Assembly (NCBI GenBank): GCA_963706955.1
Contig: CAVPOC010000008.1
Span: 320,001 to 384,000, forward strand
Source of the DNA: an uncultured Verrucomicrobiae bacterium
GTDB taxonomy: Bacteria; Verrucomicrobiota; Verrucomicrobiia; Chthoniobacterales; Terrimicrobiaceae
DNA length: 64,000 nt
Direction of reading: 5' to 3'
Below are positions 53,649 to 63,999 of this stretch, one piece after another (the first letter of the stretch is position 1; every line of letters starts with the position of its first letter). The notes under the pieces were generated by a model. It made no database searches. It was given only the letters and a program-made list of their open reading frames with translations, and was not told the origin of the DNA. The translations under genes and the position numbers were made by a program.

Positions 53649-53885
53649 TCAGGCGATCTTGGCCTCGAGGGCCGCCACCAGCTTGACTTGGTCCGCCATG
53701 GCTCGCACGCGCGCCAAGCGCTTGCGCGCAGCCCAGGTATCAAGCTTGGCCTGCTCGAGCACGTCCATCATTCCGGGATTGGCGTCCGTCGCATCGCCGA
53801 TATTGCCTCGTTGTGGAGAAAGGGGAGCGCCAGCAGCACGTCGTCGTCCGCCGGGGCGCGCTACTTCTTCGAGGTGGCCGCGCGG
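53649..53885 (-). pseudogene. 3' remnant of an upstream operon gene (family unknown)
   Basis: GC-rich coding-like tail ...MDVLEQAKLDTWAARKRLARVRAMADQVKLVAALEAKIA stops 1 bp before the permease start; no credible 5' part. Confidence 0.45.
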
Positions 53886-54122
53886 CTTCAAAGGCTTGCT
53901 CGTTCGGGCTTTGGCTGCCGACGCCGGATCGCCGCCGAAGTGCCTATCTTGTGGCTCGACATCGTCCCGATAGGAAGTCGCTTTTGGTCCTCCGGAGCGT
54001 GGCTCGGGGTTTGAAGCCGAAGGGCGAGCGTTTCAATGCGCGCAGAGTGACAAGAGTGAGGTCGGAAGTCAAACACGGGCGCCCCGGGCCCTAGTGGCCG
54101 AAACTTCCGAGACGACGACGAT

Positions 54123-57100
54123 CTATGGAAGAGGTTTCCCATCCAGGCCGATAGAGGCTCGGGCGGTCTCGTTGCCACGCTCGTCGTATTCTGCCACCCA
54201 GCCGTGACTGCCGTCCTTAAGCAACACGGGCTCGCCGAAAGCGCCGTGATACGTCGTGCGAATTACGTTACCGCGGTCGTCGTACGTCATTCTTACGCTG
54301 GCATAACCCTCAGCCAGAACAACCGGCTTCTCGTCCAAGCCGATAAACGTCCAGGCGGTCTGGTTGCCGCGCTGGTCGTGTTCTGCCACCAAACCGTGAT
54401 TGCCGTCCTTGTGGATCACGGGCTCGCCCGAAGCGTCGTGATACGTCGTGCGACTCAGCTTACCGCGCTCGTCGTAGGTCGACCTTACGCTCGCATAACC
54501 CAGAGCCAGGACAATGGGCTTCCCATCCAGGCCTATCAGGGTCCACGCGATTTCATTGCCGCGCTCATCGTATTCTGCCACCCAGCCGTGATTGCCGTCC
54601 TTCTGGAGCACGGGCTCACCGGCAACGCCGAAAAACATCCGGCCTGTTTCATTCCCACGAGCGTTGTAGGTCGATCTTACACTCGCAAAACCCCCGGCCA
54701 GGACAATTGGGTTACCATCCAGGCCGATAGAGGTCCAGGCGGTCTGGTTGCCACGCTCGTCATATTCTGCCACCCAGCCGTGATTGCCGTCCTTGAGCAA
54801 GACGGGCTCGCCGGAAGCGCCGTGATACGTCGTGCGGGTCACCTTACCGCGTTCGTCGTATTCTGCTCGCCAACCATGATAACTATCGTTGAGCAGCACG
54901 GGCTCGCCGGAAGCGTCGAAAAACTTCCGGTCTGTTTCATTCCCACGAGCATCGTAGCTCGATTTTACGCTTGCATAACCTCCCACCAGCGCAATTGGCT
55001 TCCCATCCAAGCCGATAAAGCTCCAGGCGATCTGGTTGCCGCGCTCATCGTATTCTGCCTCCCAGCCGTAATTGCCGTCCTTGTGGACCACGGGTTCACC
55101 GGAAGCGCCGTGATAAGTCGTGCGCGTCACCTTACCGCGCTCGTCGTAGCTCGATTTTATGCTCGCATAACCTCCCACCAGGACAGTTGGCTTGCCGTCC
55201 AGATCGATGAAGGTCAGCGCGATTTGATTGCCCCGCTGGTCATATTCTGCTATCCAGCCATGATTGCCGTCCCTGTGGAGCACGGGCTCGTCGGAAGCAC
55301 CGTAATAGGTCGTGCGAGTCAATTTACCGCGCTCGTCGTAGCTCGATTTTACGCTCGCATAACCTCCTGCCAGGACAATTGGCTTGCCGTCCAGACCAAT
55401 GAAGGTCTGGACGATTTGATTGCCCCGCTCGTCGAATTCTACTCGCCAACCATGATAGCCGTCCTTGTTAAGCACGGGCTCACTGGAAACGCCGGAAAGC
55501 GTGCGGCCTGTTTCATTCCCACGGGCATCGTAGGTCGAGCTTACGCTCGCATAACCTCCAGTCAGGGCAGTTGGCTTGCCGTCCAGACCGATAAACGTCC
55601 AGAGGACCGGGTTGCCGCGTTCGTCGTATTTTGCCACCCAGCCGTGATTGCCGTCCTTGTGGAGCACAGGCTCGCCGGAAGCGCCGTAATAGGTCGTGCG
55701 AGTCACCTTACCGCGCTCGTCGTAGTTCGATCTAATGCTCGCATAGCCCCAAGCGACAACAACCGGCTTGGCGTCCAGGCCGATGAAGGTCTGGGCGATT
55801 CGGTTGCCGCGCTCGTCATATTCTGCCATCCAGCCGTGATTGCCGTCCTTGTGAAGCACACGGCTCGCCGGAAGCGCCGTAAAAGGTGAGCCTCTGTGGT
55901 CTACCGAACTCGTCGTATTGATATTTCGCGAGGATGTACCCGTCCGTTACGGACATCGGGTTCAAATCCGGCCCGACGGACCTGAACTCTATTGGGACCG
56001 CTTTTTCATTATAGGCAATCAGCACGCCGCAGTTGCCGACGTTATCGACCATTTCGCGTCCCTTGGCGTCGAGTGAAAGCACGGATGTCCGGAGGCCATG
56101 AGCATCGTAAGTCATCTTCCTCCCAAAAGCACCATCAGGTCCAATTGCGGGCAGATTTCTGGCATCGTGGAACATAACGCGTTCCTCCCATCCCTCCTTG
56201 CCATAATGGATCTCCACGTATTCGGCCGAAGAGCCGCGCTGTAATTGAGAGAAGCCGTCAGGACCGACAAAGCGGGCCCGTCGAGTTGAGCCCGCATCAA
56301 GTCCGCCCGGCGAATAGACCAACCCCCAAACCATCCGCCCGCTTCGATCCAAGCCTCGTTCGTAGGCGATGTTTCCTTGCGCGTCGGAAACGAACTCCCA
56401 TTGGCACACCCGATGAAGTCCCAGCGACTGGGCCCTCTGCCTAGTCTCTATCGCCCGAGCATCCTCCCCCTCCTCTTCAGAATACAGGTAAGTGCCGATC
56501 CCATGGTCGGTCGTGTATTCGGAATTTCCGTTAACCGCTACCATCCGAAATGCGGGCTTCCAGCGAAGCGTCCAGCCTTCCCGCGTGATCCCCTTGTGAA
56601 CGAGCAAGAGTGAAACAGGCAGTCTCTGCGCTTCGGCTTTTGAGATTGGCGCGATCCCGACCGGAAACCCCAAGCGTTTCCCGAAATTGCGATAGTAACT
56701 TACGTGTTCCTGAAAAAGGAAGTAGTAGCCACCCCAAATCGTCGCGATAAGAGTAAGTGCCAATAAGCAAGCCACGAGGGTCGTGATCAGTTGCTTTCGC
56801 TTCTGCGCCAATTGTTCTGCACGAACGCGCTCGGCGCGTTGTCGTTCCCGCTTTTCGCGAATCCAGGGGATGAGGAATTCGCTGGTGATCTCATAGAATG
56901 CGCTATCGCCGCGGGCTTGGCGAAGGACTAGACGCGTCCGCCGAGACAGCGCTTGGAGAACCCCGCGCCCATCCGACTCAGTAAGATGTTCGTCGCGAAT
57001 AAGGTTACCTATAAGATCCTCTTCGGAGACAATGTTGCGAGTTCCGCTGGAGGTGACCAGGTAGGTGAGCGCAGTGATGGCCGGTTTCCGAAACCTGGGC

Positions 57101-58101
57101 TCCAAATCGTTCAGAGCCGCGTCAAGATGATTGCCGAAGAGCGAGCGGACGGCTTCGCGGCGATCGGTCTCGTTGAGAAATGCCGTTTCTTCTTTCTCGC
57201 TCTCCCACAGCGCGAGACAAGCGATCTGAACCTCAGTCAGGTTGATCGTCCCACTGTCGCTCATTTCTTTGAAAGCCGACTCAAGCGCCTCGCAGGCAGG
57301 CTCCGAGAGGCGTCGCCTGAAATGTCCGGCTGGAAAGGTCGGATTCTCGAAGGGTCCGCGTATGACTTTGCGTAGCGCGGTTTCCGGTGGCGAGGAAAGC
57401 CGGAATGCCTGCTCGCCAAGTTGTGGGGCGTCCGCCAGACAGCGAGAGACTTTGGCTAGGTAATCTTCCCGGAAGGAGAAGACAAGTTTCAGTGACAGCG
57501 CGGGGTCGTTTAGAAACCTGAGTAAAAGTCCCACGATCCCGCTTTGGATCATGCGAGCCTGATTGAACTTGTCACGGCTCTCGACTGCTTCTTCGAACAA
57601 GGTCACAAGTTCTTCGAACTGATCGAAGATTAAAACAGGCGTGACTGAGGAGCGTTCAGCTATCTCACTTTCTTCAGTCGGTTGCTGCTCTTCGATGCGA
57701 CGGGCAAATTCCTCGACTGACAAGACAATGCGCGCCGGCCCGAGCGCGCAATTTTCAAGAGGCACTGCAAATCGCGATGAGAGAAATGGCGGCGCCCCTT
57801 CCTCGGTAAGGGCAATGCGTTCCACCACTAGCTCTTTCTCTGCGAACGGCTGCACGCGCACGCGTTCTGGCGCGAATCCTTCGTCTCGCAAAGCGGGAAT
57901 TAGCCCCGCATTAATCAATGAGGATTTGCCAACGCCAGACTCCCCGTAGAAAAAGATGCCGCGATAAATTGTAATCAGTCGAATCAGCTTTCGGACTTCG
58001 CCGGTACGGGCGGAGAAGATCGGCTGGTCGATAAAGCGGAACGGCTCGATCCCCCGATAGGGTGCGGATGGTAAAGGCAGGACGGAAGCTTCATTCCCCA
58101 T
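54123..58101 (-). CDS. STAND (nSTAND1-like) NTPase - TM helix - 32-aa YD-type repeat protein; single-base frameshift at ~55861
   Basis: PYRGIEPF, Walker A GESGVGKSSLINAG, Walker B LIFDQFEEL, TM at ~56713-56790; repeats run seamlessly across the frameshift (GEP|VLHKDG). Confidence 0.85.
54126..55844 (-). repeat. 18 tandem 96-bp (32-aa) YD-type repeats in A/B alternation
   Basis: A: GNHGWxAEYDERGNxxxxTFIGLDGKPxxLxG; B: GYASVxSxYDERGKxTRTTYxGASGEPVLxKD; about 4 more diverged repeats upstream of the frameshift. Confidence 0.95.
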
Positions 58102-59122
58102 AACTGGGCATTTCACATCCTTTTATCCGCCGGTAAAGTTCGGGCACAAACTCCCAAAGGTTACTCGCCAGAAAGCCTACGTAGCCAAGCTCGGAATCCC
58201 ATACTCTGGCAACCAGCGGATCAGGCCAGGGATCAATCGAATAGGAGCGCGGGAACCTATCTTTCTTATGGCGCAGGGTTTTAAGAAGGAGACGCAGATT
58301 GTAGTCAAGCATACTGTAGCCGATGAAGAGCGTCGGCCATCTCGAAAGACGGAACTGGAATGTTTCCGGCACCGGGTTGAACTCACCAGGCGCAGTCATC
58401 CGAAGCACAAAATCGATATAGTCCTCGTCGGTGATAACGAGAGACTCTGGCGTGTTGATGTCACCATGGATCTTGAAGATGAATGGATTTTGAGCAGAGG
58501 GATCCTGGAGCGGATCGTCGGGGCGAGCGGTTGCCCTCGGCTGGTAAACGGCGGTGGTCGGAGATTTGCCGACCATCAGCAAGGCATCTTCGAACAGGCG
58601 GTCGTAGTTCGTCGTGATAATCAGGGGAAAATTTAACTCCGCCAGCGCGCGCAAGGCGGGCGAAGGAGTCTTACCGACCGTGACGGCGCGCTGGACAGCA
58701 TTTGCGAGTCTGGCCCGGCCCCGACGCCGGAGGTCGATAGCCTCGTTGGCACTGGCCGGACGACCCGGCGGCGGTGGAGAACCCTCATTCTTGCCTTTCT
58801 GCTCCCAATCTTTCCACTGCTCATCGAAGATGACATTCAACTCATAGTCCAACGCGACGCGTTGGAAATGCTGCTTCGGGGACCTGCCTGAGAAGCGCTC
58901 TGCCCATCGAGTTTCCCGCGCCAGCTCTTCTGCTAATGCTCCGGCGAACAGCGGACGGCGCGGATCTGGAGGCGGCGGTGGCTCTGTAGACGATAAGGGC
59001 TTTGACGCATGAACTCCGGCCCCAAGAAAAAGCACCACCCTGCCCTCGCGAACACTTGCAGCGATCTGGTCTATCCCATCTCCGGCTGCCGCGCCTAGAG
59101 AAGGGATCCGATCATCCTTCAT
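58091..59122 (-). CDS. SIR2-like (SIR2_2) domain protein, putative NADase effector
   Basis: VVLFLGAGV, IITTNYD, FKIHGD, LVITDEDY, LFIGYSMLDYN; stop overlaps the STAND gene start. Confidence 0.88.
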   Translation of the reverse strand: MKDDRIPSLGAAAGDGIDQIAASVREGRVVLFLGAGVHASKPLSSTEPPPPPDPRRPLFAGALAEELARETRWAERFSGRSPKQHFQRVALDYELNVIFDEQWKDWEQKGKNEGSPPPPGRPASANEAIDLRRRGRARLANAVQRAVTVGKTPSPALRALAELNFPLIITTNYDRLFEDALLMVGKSPTTAVYQPRATARPDDPLQDPSAQNPFIFKIHGDINTPESLVITDEDYIDFVLRMTAPGEFNPVPETFQFRLSRWPTLFIGYSMLDYNLRLLLKTLRHKKDRFPRSYSIDPWPDPLVARVWDSELGYVGFLASNLWEFVPELYRRIKGCEMPSYGE

Positions 59123-59504
59123 GAATGAGTTTTGGGTCCAATCAGCCCGTCCGGGAAAAAAGTGTATATAGAAAAGGCTACAGGCAGTCAAGGTTGTCGC
59201 GGGAACGAGTTCTGTGCGACCGTGATGCAGTCGAGTCCTGCCTCACATCGCTAAACGGCAACGGAAGTGCCGAGTTTCAGAATATCGCAGGAGATTCGTC
59301 GGTCTTTTTCAAGTCGTGTCTGGTCAAGTTCAGTTTCTTTCGCATCTGAAAGATCCGGCTTCCAAGTTTTCTTAACTAAAAGTGTCGCCGGAAGACGGAT
59401 GGTCTTGGGCGCGTCGCAGAATTTCTCCTCATTTCCGTTCAGAGCGCCGTGAAAGACTCCCTTGTCTTCTTCACCAGAAGTGATCTTCAGTAGGCATTCC
59501 CAGG

Positions 59505-60371
59505 ATGAAGACGGGACTAAAGATACTTTTCATGACGTTGGCCTGGTTGGGCTGTGCGAACGCGGAGCTGAAAGTTGCGTCGCTTTCGACGATTACGACC
59601 GAGATCGCGCAGAATGTCGGCGGCACAGCCGTTCGCGTAACACCCCTCATCAGGCCAGGCATCGACCCGCATGATTTTCAGCCGTCTCCTTGGGATGTCC
59701 GGGAAATCGAGGGTGCGAACCTGGTCTTGCTCACAGGCAAGGGCATGGAAGGATATCTTACGAAGCTGGAAGACGCCGTCGGCAACAAATCGAAGTTCGT
59801 TGATGTAGGCGCCGAAATCCCGACTCTGACTCTCAAAGAGGATGGCCGCACCGTCGAAGACCCACACTGGTGGCACAGCATCGCGAACATGAAAAAGGCA
59901 ACCTCGGTGATTCGGAGGCACTTCGTTGAAGCCGATCCGACGAACAAGCCTCTCTACGCGACAAATGCCGCCGCGTATCTAGCGAAGCTCACGGATTTGG
60001 AGAAATGGGTGCGCCAAGAGATTGCGAAGTTGCCGCGAAATAAGCGCAAGCTGGTCACCTCCCACGACGCCCTCCAATATTTTGCACAGGAATATGGCTT
60101 CAAGATCTACGCTATTGAAGGCGTGAGCACGGAAGATCAACCCTCTTCGAAAAAGGTCACCGACCTCATCAACAAAATACGCGAGCAGGAGGTAAAGGCG
60201 GTGTTTTTTGAGAGTATCAAAAACCCAAAGGTGATCACCGAGATTACGAAGGAGACAGGAGCAAAAACCGGTGGCGAACTTTTCGTCGACGGCCTCGGCG
60301 AGAAGGAGGCGTCAACCTACCCCGACATGATCCGGCATAATATTCAAACAATCGTCGAAAATCTGAAATGA
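59505..60371 (+). CDS. Zn/Mn ABC transporter substrate-binding protein (ZnuA/PsaA family)
   Basis: IDPHDFQP, DPHWW, LVTSHDALQYF, LFVDGLG metal-ligand motifs. Confidence 0.92.
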   Translation: MKTGLKILFMTLAWLGCANAELKVASLSTITTEIAQNVGGTAVRVTPLIRPGIDPHDFQPSPWDVREIEGANLVLLTGKGMEGYLTKLEDAVGNKSKFVDVGAEIPTLTLKEDGRTVEDPHWWHSIANMKKATSVIRRHFVEADPTNKPLYATNAAAYLAKLTDLEKWVRQEIAKLPRNKRKLVTSHDALQYFAQEYGFKIYAIEGVSTEDQPSSKKVTDLINKIREQEVKAVFFESIKNPKVITEITKETGAKTGGELFVDGLGEKEASTYPDMIRHNIQTIVENLK

Positions 60372-60476
60372 ACGCCGCAAAAAGCCACCATGCCGAACGC
60401 TCCTACCGTTCGAAGATCTGGAGAGACGGAACTGTCATCTCGGGTAGGTAATTTGTGATCCTGCCGTCGCCGCAGC

Positions 60477-60929
60477 TCAGCGAGTGCGGGCTGCCTCCAC
60501 CCACTGGATGAAAGCCTCGGGCCCGCCTTGCAGATAGCCGACATTCCGCGCCGCCTCCTGGCCCTGCGGGTCGAGCAGGACGAGGGTGGGAAATCCCTGA
60601 ACTCCGAATTTCTCCGCAAGCTCTTCGTTCTGCTTCTTCAATTCGTCGCTCTGCGCTTTTCCGCGGGGAAAATCGAGCTCGACGAGCACAAGACTTTGCT
60701 CGGCGAATTTTTTGAATTCGGGCTTCGAAAAGGTGTCCTTCTGGAGTTTGATGCACCAGCCGCACCAATCCGAGCCGGTAAAGTCGAGCAGAACCATCTT
60801 GTTTTCTTTTGCGGCCTGGGCAAGTGAAGTCGCATAATCTGTCTTCCATCCCTCGGCCGCCGCCGAAGAGGCGACGATGCCGCCATAGACGAGTGATCCT
60901 AGCAGAAGAAATCTAAACAATTTAAGCAT
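60477..60929 (-). CDS. Secreted thioredoxin-family protein (DsbH-like)
   Basis: LLDFTGSDWCGWC, GVQGFPTL; signal peptide. Confidence 0.88.
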   Translation of the reverse strand: MLKLFRFLLLGSLVYGGIVASSAAAEGWKTDYATSLAQAAKENKMVLLDFTGSDWCGWCIKLQKDTFSKPEFKKFAEQSLVLVELDFPRGKAQSDELKKQNEELAEKFGVQGFPTLVLLDPQGQEAARNVGYLQGGPEAFIQWVEAARTR

Positions 60930-60932
60930 CGT

Positions 60933-61973
60933 CTATTCTCCCTCATCTTTGGGAAAGTTCAATGTTCCCGCGGAGGCGAGGAGCGACGGATCGAAGTTCG
61001 GATGGATATCCAGATCGCCTGAGATCGACTGAGCGGTTCGCTGCGAAGCTGCGAACGCAATCATCAGGGCATTGTCGGTGCAAAGCTCCAGTGGAGCTGT
61101 CCGCAGGCGCAGACCCGATTCGCGACACATCTGGGCCACTCTTTCACGCAAGCGAGCGTTCGCGCTGACGCCCCCGCTGAGTCCGAGCAGGGAACGTCCA
61201 GATTCGTGGGCCGCCCTGGCAAGCTTGGTCACGAGGACATCGACAACAGCTTCTTGAAACGAGGCGCAAATGTCGGACAAATCCTCCTGCTTGAACCCGC
61301 TTTCCAAAAAATACCTCAGGGAAGTCTTGAGTCCGCTAAAGCTAAAGTTGAAATCATTCGAGGCGATCATGCTCCGGGGAAATGCAAATCTGAGCGGGTT
61401 GCCCGATCGGGCCAGACGGTCAATCTCTGAGCCCCCGGGATAGCCGAGTCCGAGGAGTTTGGCAACTTTGTCGAATGCCTCACCCGCGGCATCGTCCAGC
61501 GTGCGGCCCAGCAGACGGTAGCGTCCATAGCCCTCGACGTCGAAGAGCAGCGTATGTCCGCCGCTGGCGATCAAAGCCACATGCGCGGGAATTTCGCTCT
61601 CTCCGAAAAAAGGCGACAGCAAGTGCCCTTCGAGATGGTTTACCGGAAAGAACGGCTTTCCAGCTCCGAGCGCCAATCCCCTGGCTGCGGAGACACCAAC
61701 AAGGAGCGCGGCGGCAAGACCCGGACCTGTCGTGGCAGCGTAGGCGTCTACCCCATCGATGGAAAGTGCAGCTTCGCTGAGGGCGTCGCGCAGCAGGCGA
61801 GGAAGAAGCGCGAGGTGGTTTCGTGAGGCGACCTCGGGAACGACGCCACCATAAGGGGCGTGGAGAGCCGCCTGCGAAGCCACCCGATGCGCCAGGACCT
61901 GATCAAAGTCGCGTAGGATTGCGATCGCCGTCTCATCACACGACGTTTCGACCGCAAGAACTATGCGGCTCAA
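60933..61973 (-). CDS. tsaD: tRNA N6-adenosine threonylcarbamoyltransferase
   Basis: LAVETSCDET, GGVVPEVASRNH, NHLEGH, SGGHT, DDAAGEAFDK, CTDNALMI. Confidence 0.96.
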   Translation of the reverse strand: MSRIVLAVETSCDETAIAILRDFDQVLAHRVASQAALHAPYGGVVPEVASRNHLALLPRLLRDALSEAALSIDGVDAYAATTGPGLAAALLVGVSAARGLALGAGKPFFPVNHLEGHLLSPFFGESEIPAHVALIASGGHTLLFDVEGYGRYRLLGRTLDDAAGEAFDKVAKLLGLGYPGGSEIDRLARSGNPLRFAFPRSMIASNDFNFSFSGLKTSLRYFLESGFKQEDLSDICASFQEAVVDVLVTKLARAAHESGRSLLGLSGGVSANARLRERVAQMCRESGLRLRTAPLELCTDNALMIAFAASQRTAQSISGDLDIHPNFDPSLLASAGTLNFPKDEGE

Positions 61974-63271
61974 GAACCCTTTCCCGCGCTCTTTTTGCGG
62001 ACGGGCTGCCGCTGCGAGAAAATGATCGTGCCGCGGAGAATGTCGGCCCCACGCGCAAGCTGGGGATCGCCATCCACCGATACCCTCCGATTGCTCCCGC
62101 CATCGGGGTCCCTCCGGGATTCCAGAAGGTCGAACTCCTGCTGTTGGGTGAGGCTAACCCGGATATTCGGCGTGACACCGATCTCATGAATGACCTGGCG
62201 TCCAGGGGTGAAATATTTTGCTGTTGTCAGGCGCAAAGCCGATCCGTCCGGCAAGGAGATGACGCTTTGGACGGATCCTTTGCCGAAAGTTGTCTCGCCG
62301 ACAATGATGGCGCGATTCAGATCCTTGAGCGCACCGGCGACCACTTCCGATCCGCTGGCGCTGGCATAGTTAACCAGAACCGCCAATGGATATGTGCGCG
62401 TCTTGCCTGCGCGGGAGGTGGTGCGGTATTCGCGGCCAGGGAGGCGCCCCTCTGTCGAGACCACCTTGGTTCCTGACGGAAGAAAAAGCCCGCTGACATC
62501 CACGGCACTGCTGAGAAGTCCCCCCGGATTGTAGCGCAAATCGAGAATCAGGGCCTGCATGCCTTCCTTTTCCAACTTGTCGAGCGTCTTCGCCAGTTCG
62601 CCGGCAGTGGGTTCGTTGAACTGCGTGATGCGCACGTATCCGACCTTGAGGTCTTCGGGATTCTCCGAAGGCAAGATCTGCGCGTCCTTGACGCTCTTCA
62701 CCTTGATGATCACCCGGGTGAGCTCGTAGTCCTTGATTTCTTTGGTGCTGGGCCGCTGAATCGTCAAAGCGACTTTTTCGCCTGCATCCCCGCGCAGCTT
62801 GTCCACGGCCTGTGTCAGGGTTAGCTTCTCGGTGGAAATTCCATTGATGCGTAGAATTCGGTCGCCGGGCTTGAGTCCGGCCTCGAAACCCGGGGTATCC
62901 TCCATCGGGTTGACGATCGTGAGCGCTCCATCTTCCATGGTAACAACCACGCCAAGGCCGCCAAACTCGCTCTTGGTATCTTCCTGCATGCCGCGAAAGT
63001 CACGCGGCTCCATGAATTGGCTATGCGGATCGAGCTCCGCGAGCATCCCCCGCAGTGCGCTATAGGTCAAATCACGATAGGAGATCTTTCCCTCGTCCAC
63101 ATAATCCTGGCGGATGAGTTGCATGGCGCGAGCGAGCACCTGAACGTTATCGTAAGGGGACTCCGGATCGACTTCCTGTGCGGTTTCGCTATCCTGCGCG
63201 CGCAGACTTCCCACGGCCAAAACCAGAAGAACAGTGGCTGCCAGTATCCTCAACATCGCAAAATCTATCAC
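61970..63271 (-). CDS. S41 family carboxy-terminal processing protease (PDZ + tail-specific protease)
   Basis: LDPHSQF, FGGLG, LDLRYNPGGLL, SASGSEV, TFGKGSVQ. Confidence 0.93.
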   Translation of the reverse strand: MIDFAMLRILAATVLLVLAVGSLRAQDSETAQEVDPESPYDNVQVLARAMQLIRQDYVDEGKISYRDLTYSALRGMLAELDPHSQFMEPRDFRGMQEDTKSEFGGLGVVVTMEDGALTIVNPMEDTPGFEAGLKPGDRILRINGISTEKLTLTQAVDKLRGDAGEKVALTIQRPSTKEIKDYELTRVIIKVKSVKDAQILPSENPEDLKVGYVRITQFNEPTAGELAKTLDKLEKEGMQALILDLRYNPGGLLSSAVDVSGLFLPSGTKVVSTEGRLPGREYRTTSRAGKTRTYPLAVLVNYASASGSEVVAGALKDLNRAIIVGETTFGKGSVQSVISLPDGSALRLTTAKYFTPGRQVIHEIGVTPNIRVSLTQQQEFDLLESRRDPDGGSNRRVSVDGDPQLARGADILRGTIIFSQRQPVRKKSAGKGS

Positions 63272-63999
63272 GTTTTTTGGCCTTGCAAGTCCCGCAGCCC
63301 TCCACCGCGCTCCAGGGAAACTTCCAGCGAAAGGTCCACCGCTCTGGCGGAATGGGTCATCTCGCCGACGGAAACGAAGTCAACCCCCGTTTCGGCGATC
63401 TGGCGAACTGTTTCCAGATTCACCCCTCCGCTCGCTTCGAAGGCCACACCCGGCCGCTTCAGCGAAACAGCCTCCTGCAACTCGGCAAGTGTCATATTGT
63501 CGAGCAGAACTACGTCTACTCCGCGCAACCTGACAAATCTTCGAACTTGCTCGAGGGTATCCGCCTCGAGTTCGACGCGGATACCTTGTCGCTCGGCTTT
63601 TACTCTTGAAATGGCGTCCTGCAGTTCCTCGAGACTGGAGCTCGCGGCGAGATGGTTGTCCTTTACCATCACCATATCATGCAGGCCAAAGCGATGGTTG
63701 ATCGCCCCGCCGGCGACGACGGCAGCTTTCTCAAAACGGCGCATTCCCGGAGTTGTCTTCCGCGTATCGAGAATTTTTGTCGACGTGCCCCTGACGGCAT
63801 CGACGAACCGACCGGTCAGCGTAGCTACACCTGAGAGTCGCTGAAGAAAATTCAGGGCGGTGCGCTCGGCGGTGAGTAATGAGGCAGCTCGACCACGCAC
63901 TACCATCACGATGTCACCGGGAGTGACACGCGCGCCATCTGGCACACGCCTGACAATCTCTAGATTTGCATCCACTCGCCGGAATACTTCCTCGGCCAC
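63268..63999 (-). CDS. nadC: Nicotinate-nucleotide diphosphorylase (5'-truncated by window edge)
   Basis: AERTALNFLQRLSGVAT, DTRKTTPG, NHRFGL, KDNH, LLDNM, EASGG. Confidence 0.95.
   Translation of the reverse strand: MAEEVFRRVDANLEIVRRVPDGARVTPGDIVMVVRGRAASLLTAERTALNFLQRLSGVATLTGRFVDAVRGTSTKILDTRKTTPGMRRFEKAAVVAGGAINHRFGLHDMVMVKDNHLAASSSLEELQDAISRVKAERQGIRVELEADTLEQVRRFVRLRGVDVVLLDNMTLAELQEAVSLKRPGVAFEASGGVNLETVRQIAETGVDFVSVGEMTHSARAVDLSLEVSLERGGGLRDLQGQKT

Noticed and set aside
54123..55859. RHS polymorphic toxin
   Set aside because: No RHS core DPxG motif, no C-terminal toxin or immunity gene; repeats are attached to a STAND-TM protein.
54204..55889. 561-aa ORF on the + strand
   Set aside because: Antisense shadow of the YD-repeat gene; stop-free because of the repeat's codon pattern.
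18914..59200. Prophage, retron or diversity-generating retroelement
   Set aside because: No structural phage genes, reverse transcriptase motifs or TR/VR adenine-variant pair were seen.
59192..59504. Outermost att site / native tRNA 5' fragment
   Set aside because: No convincing match by eye, so the right boundary of the island array is left undefined.
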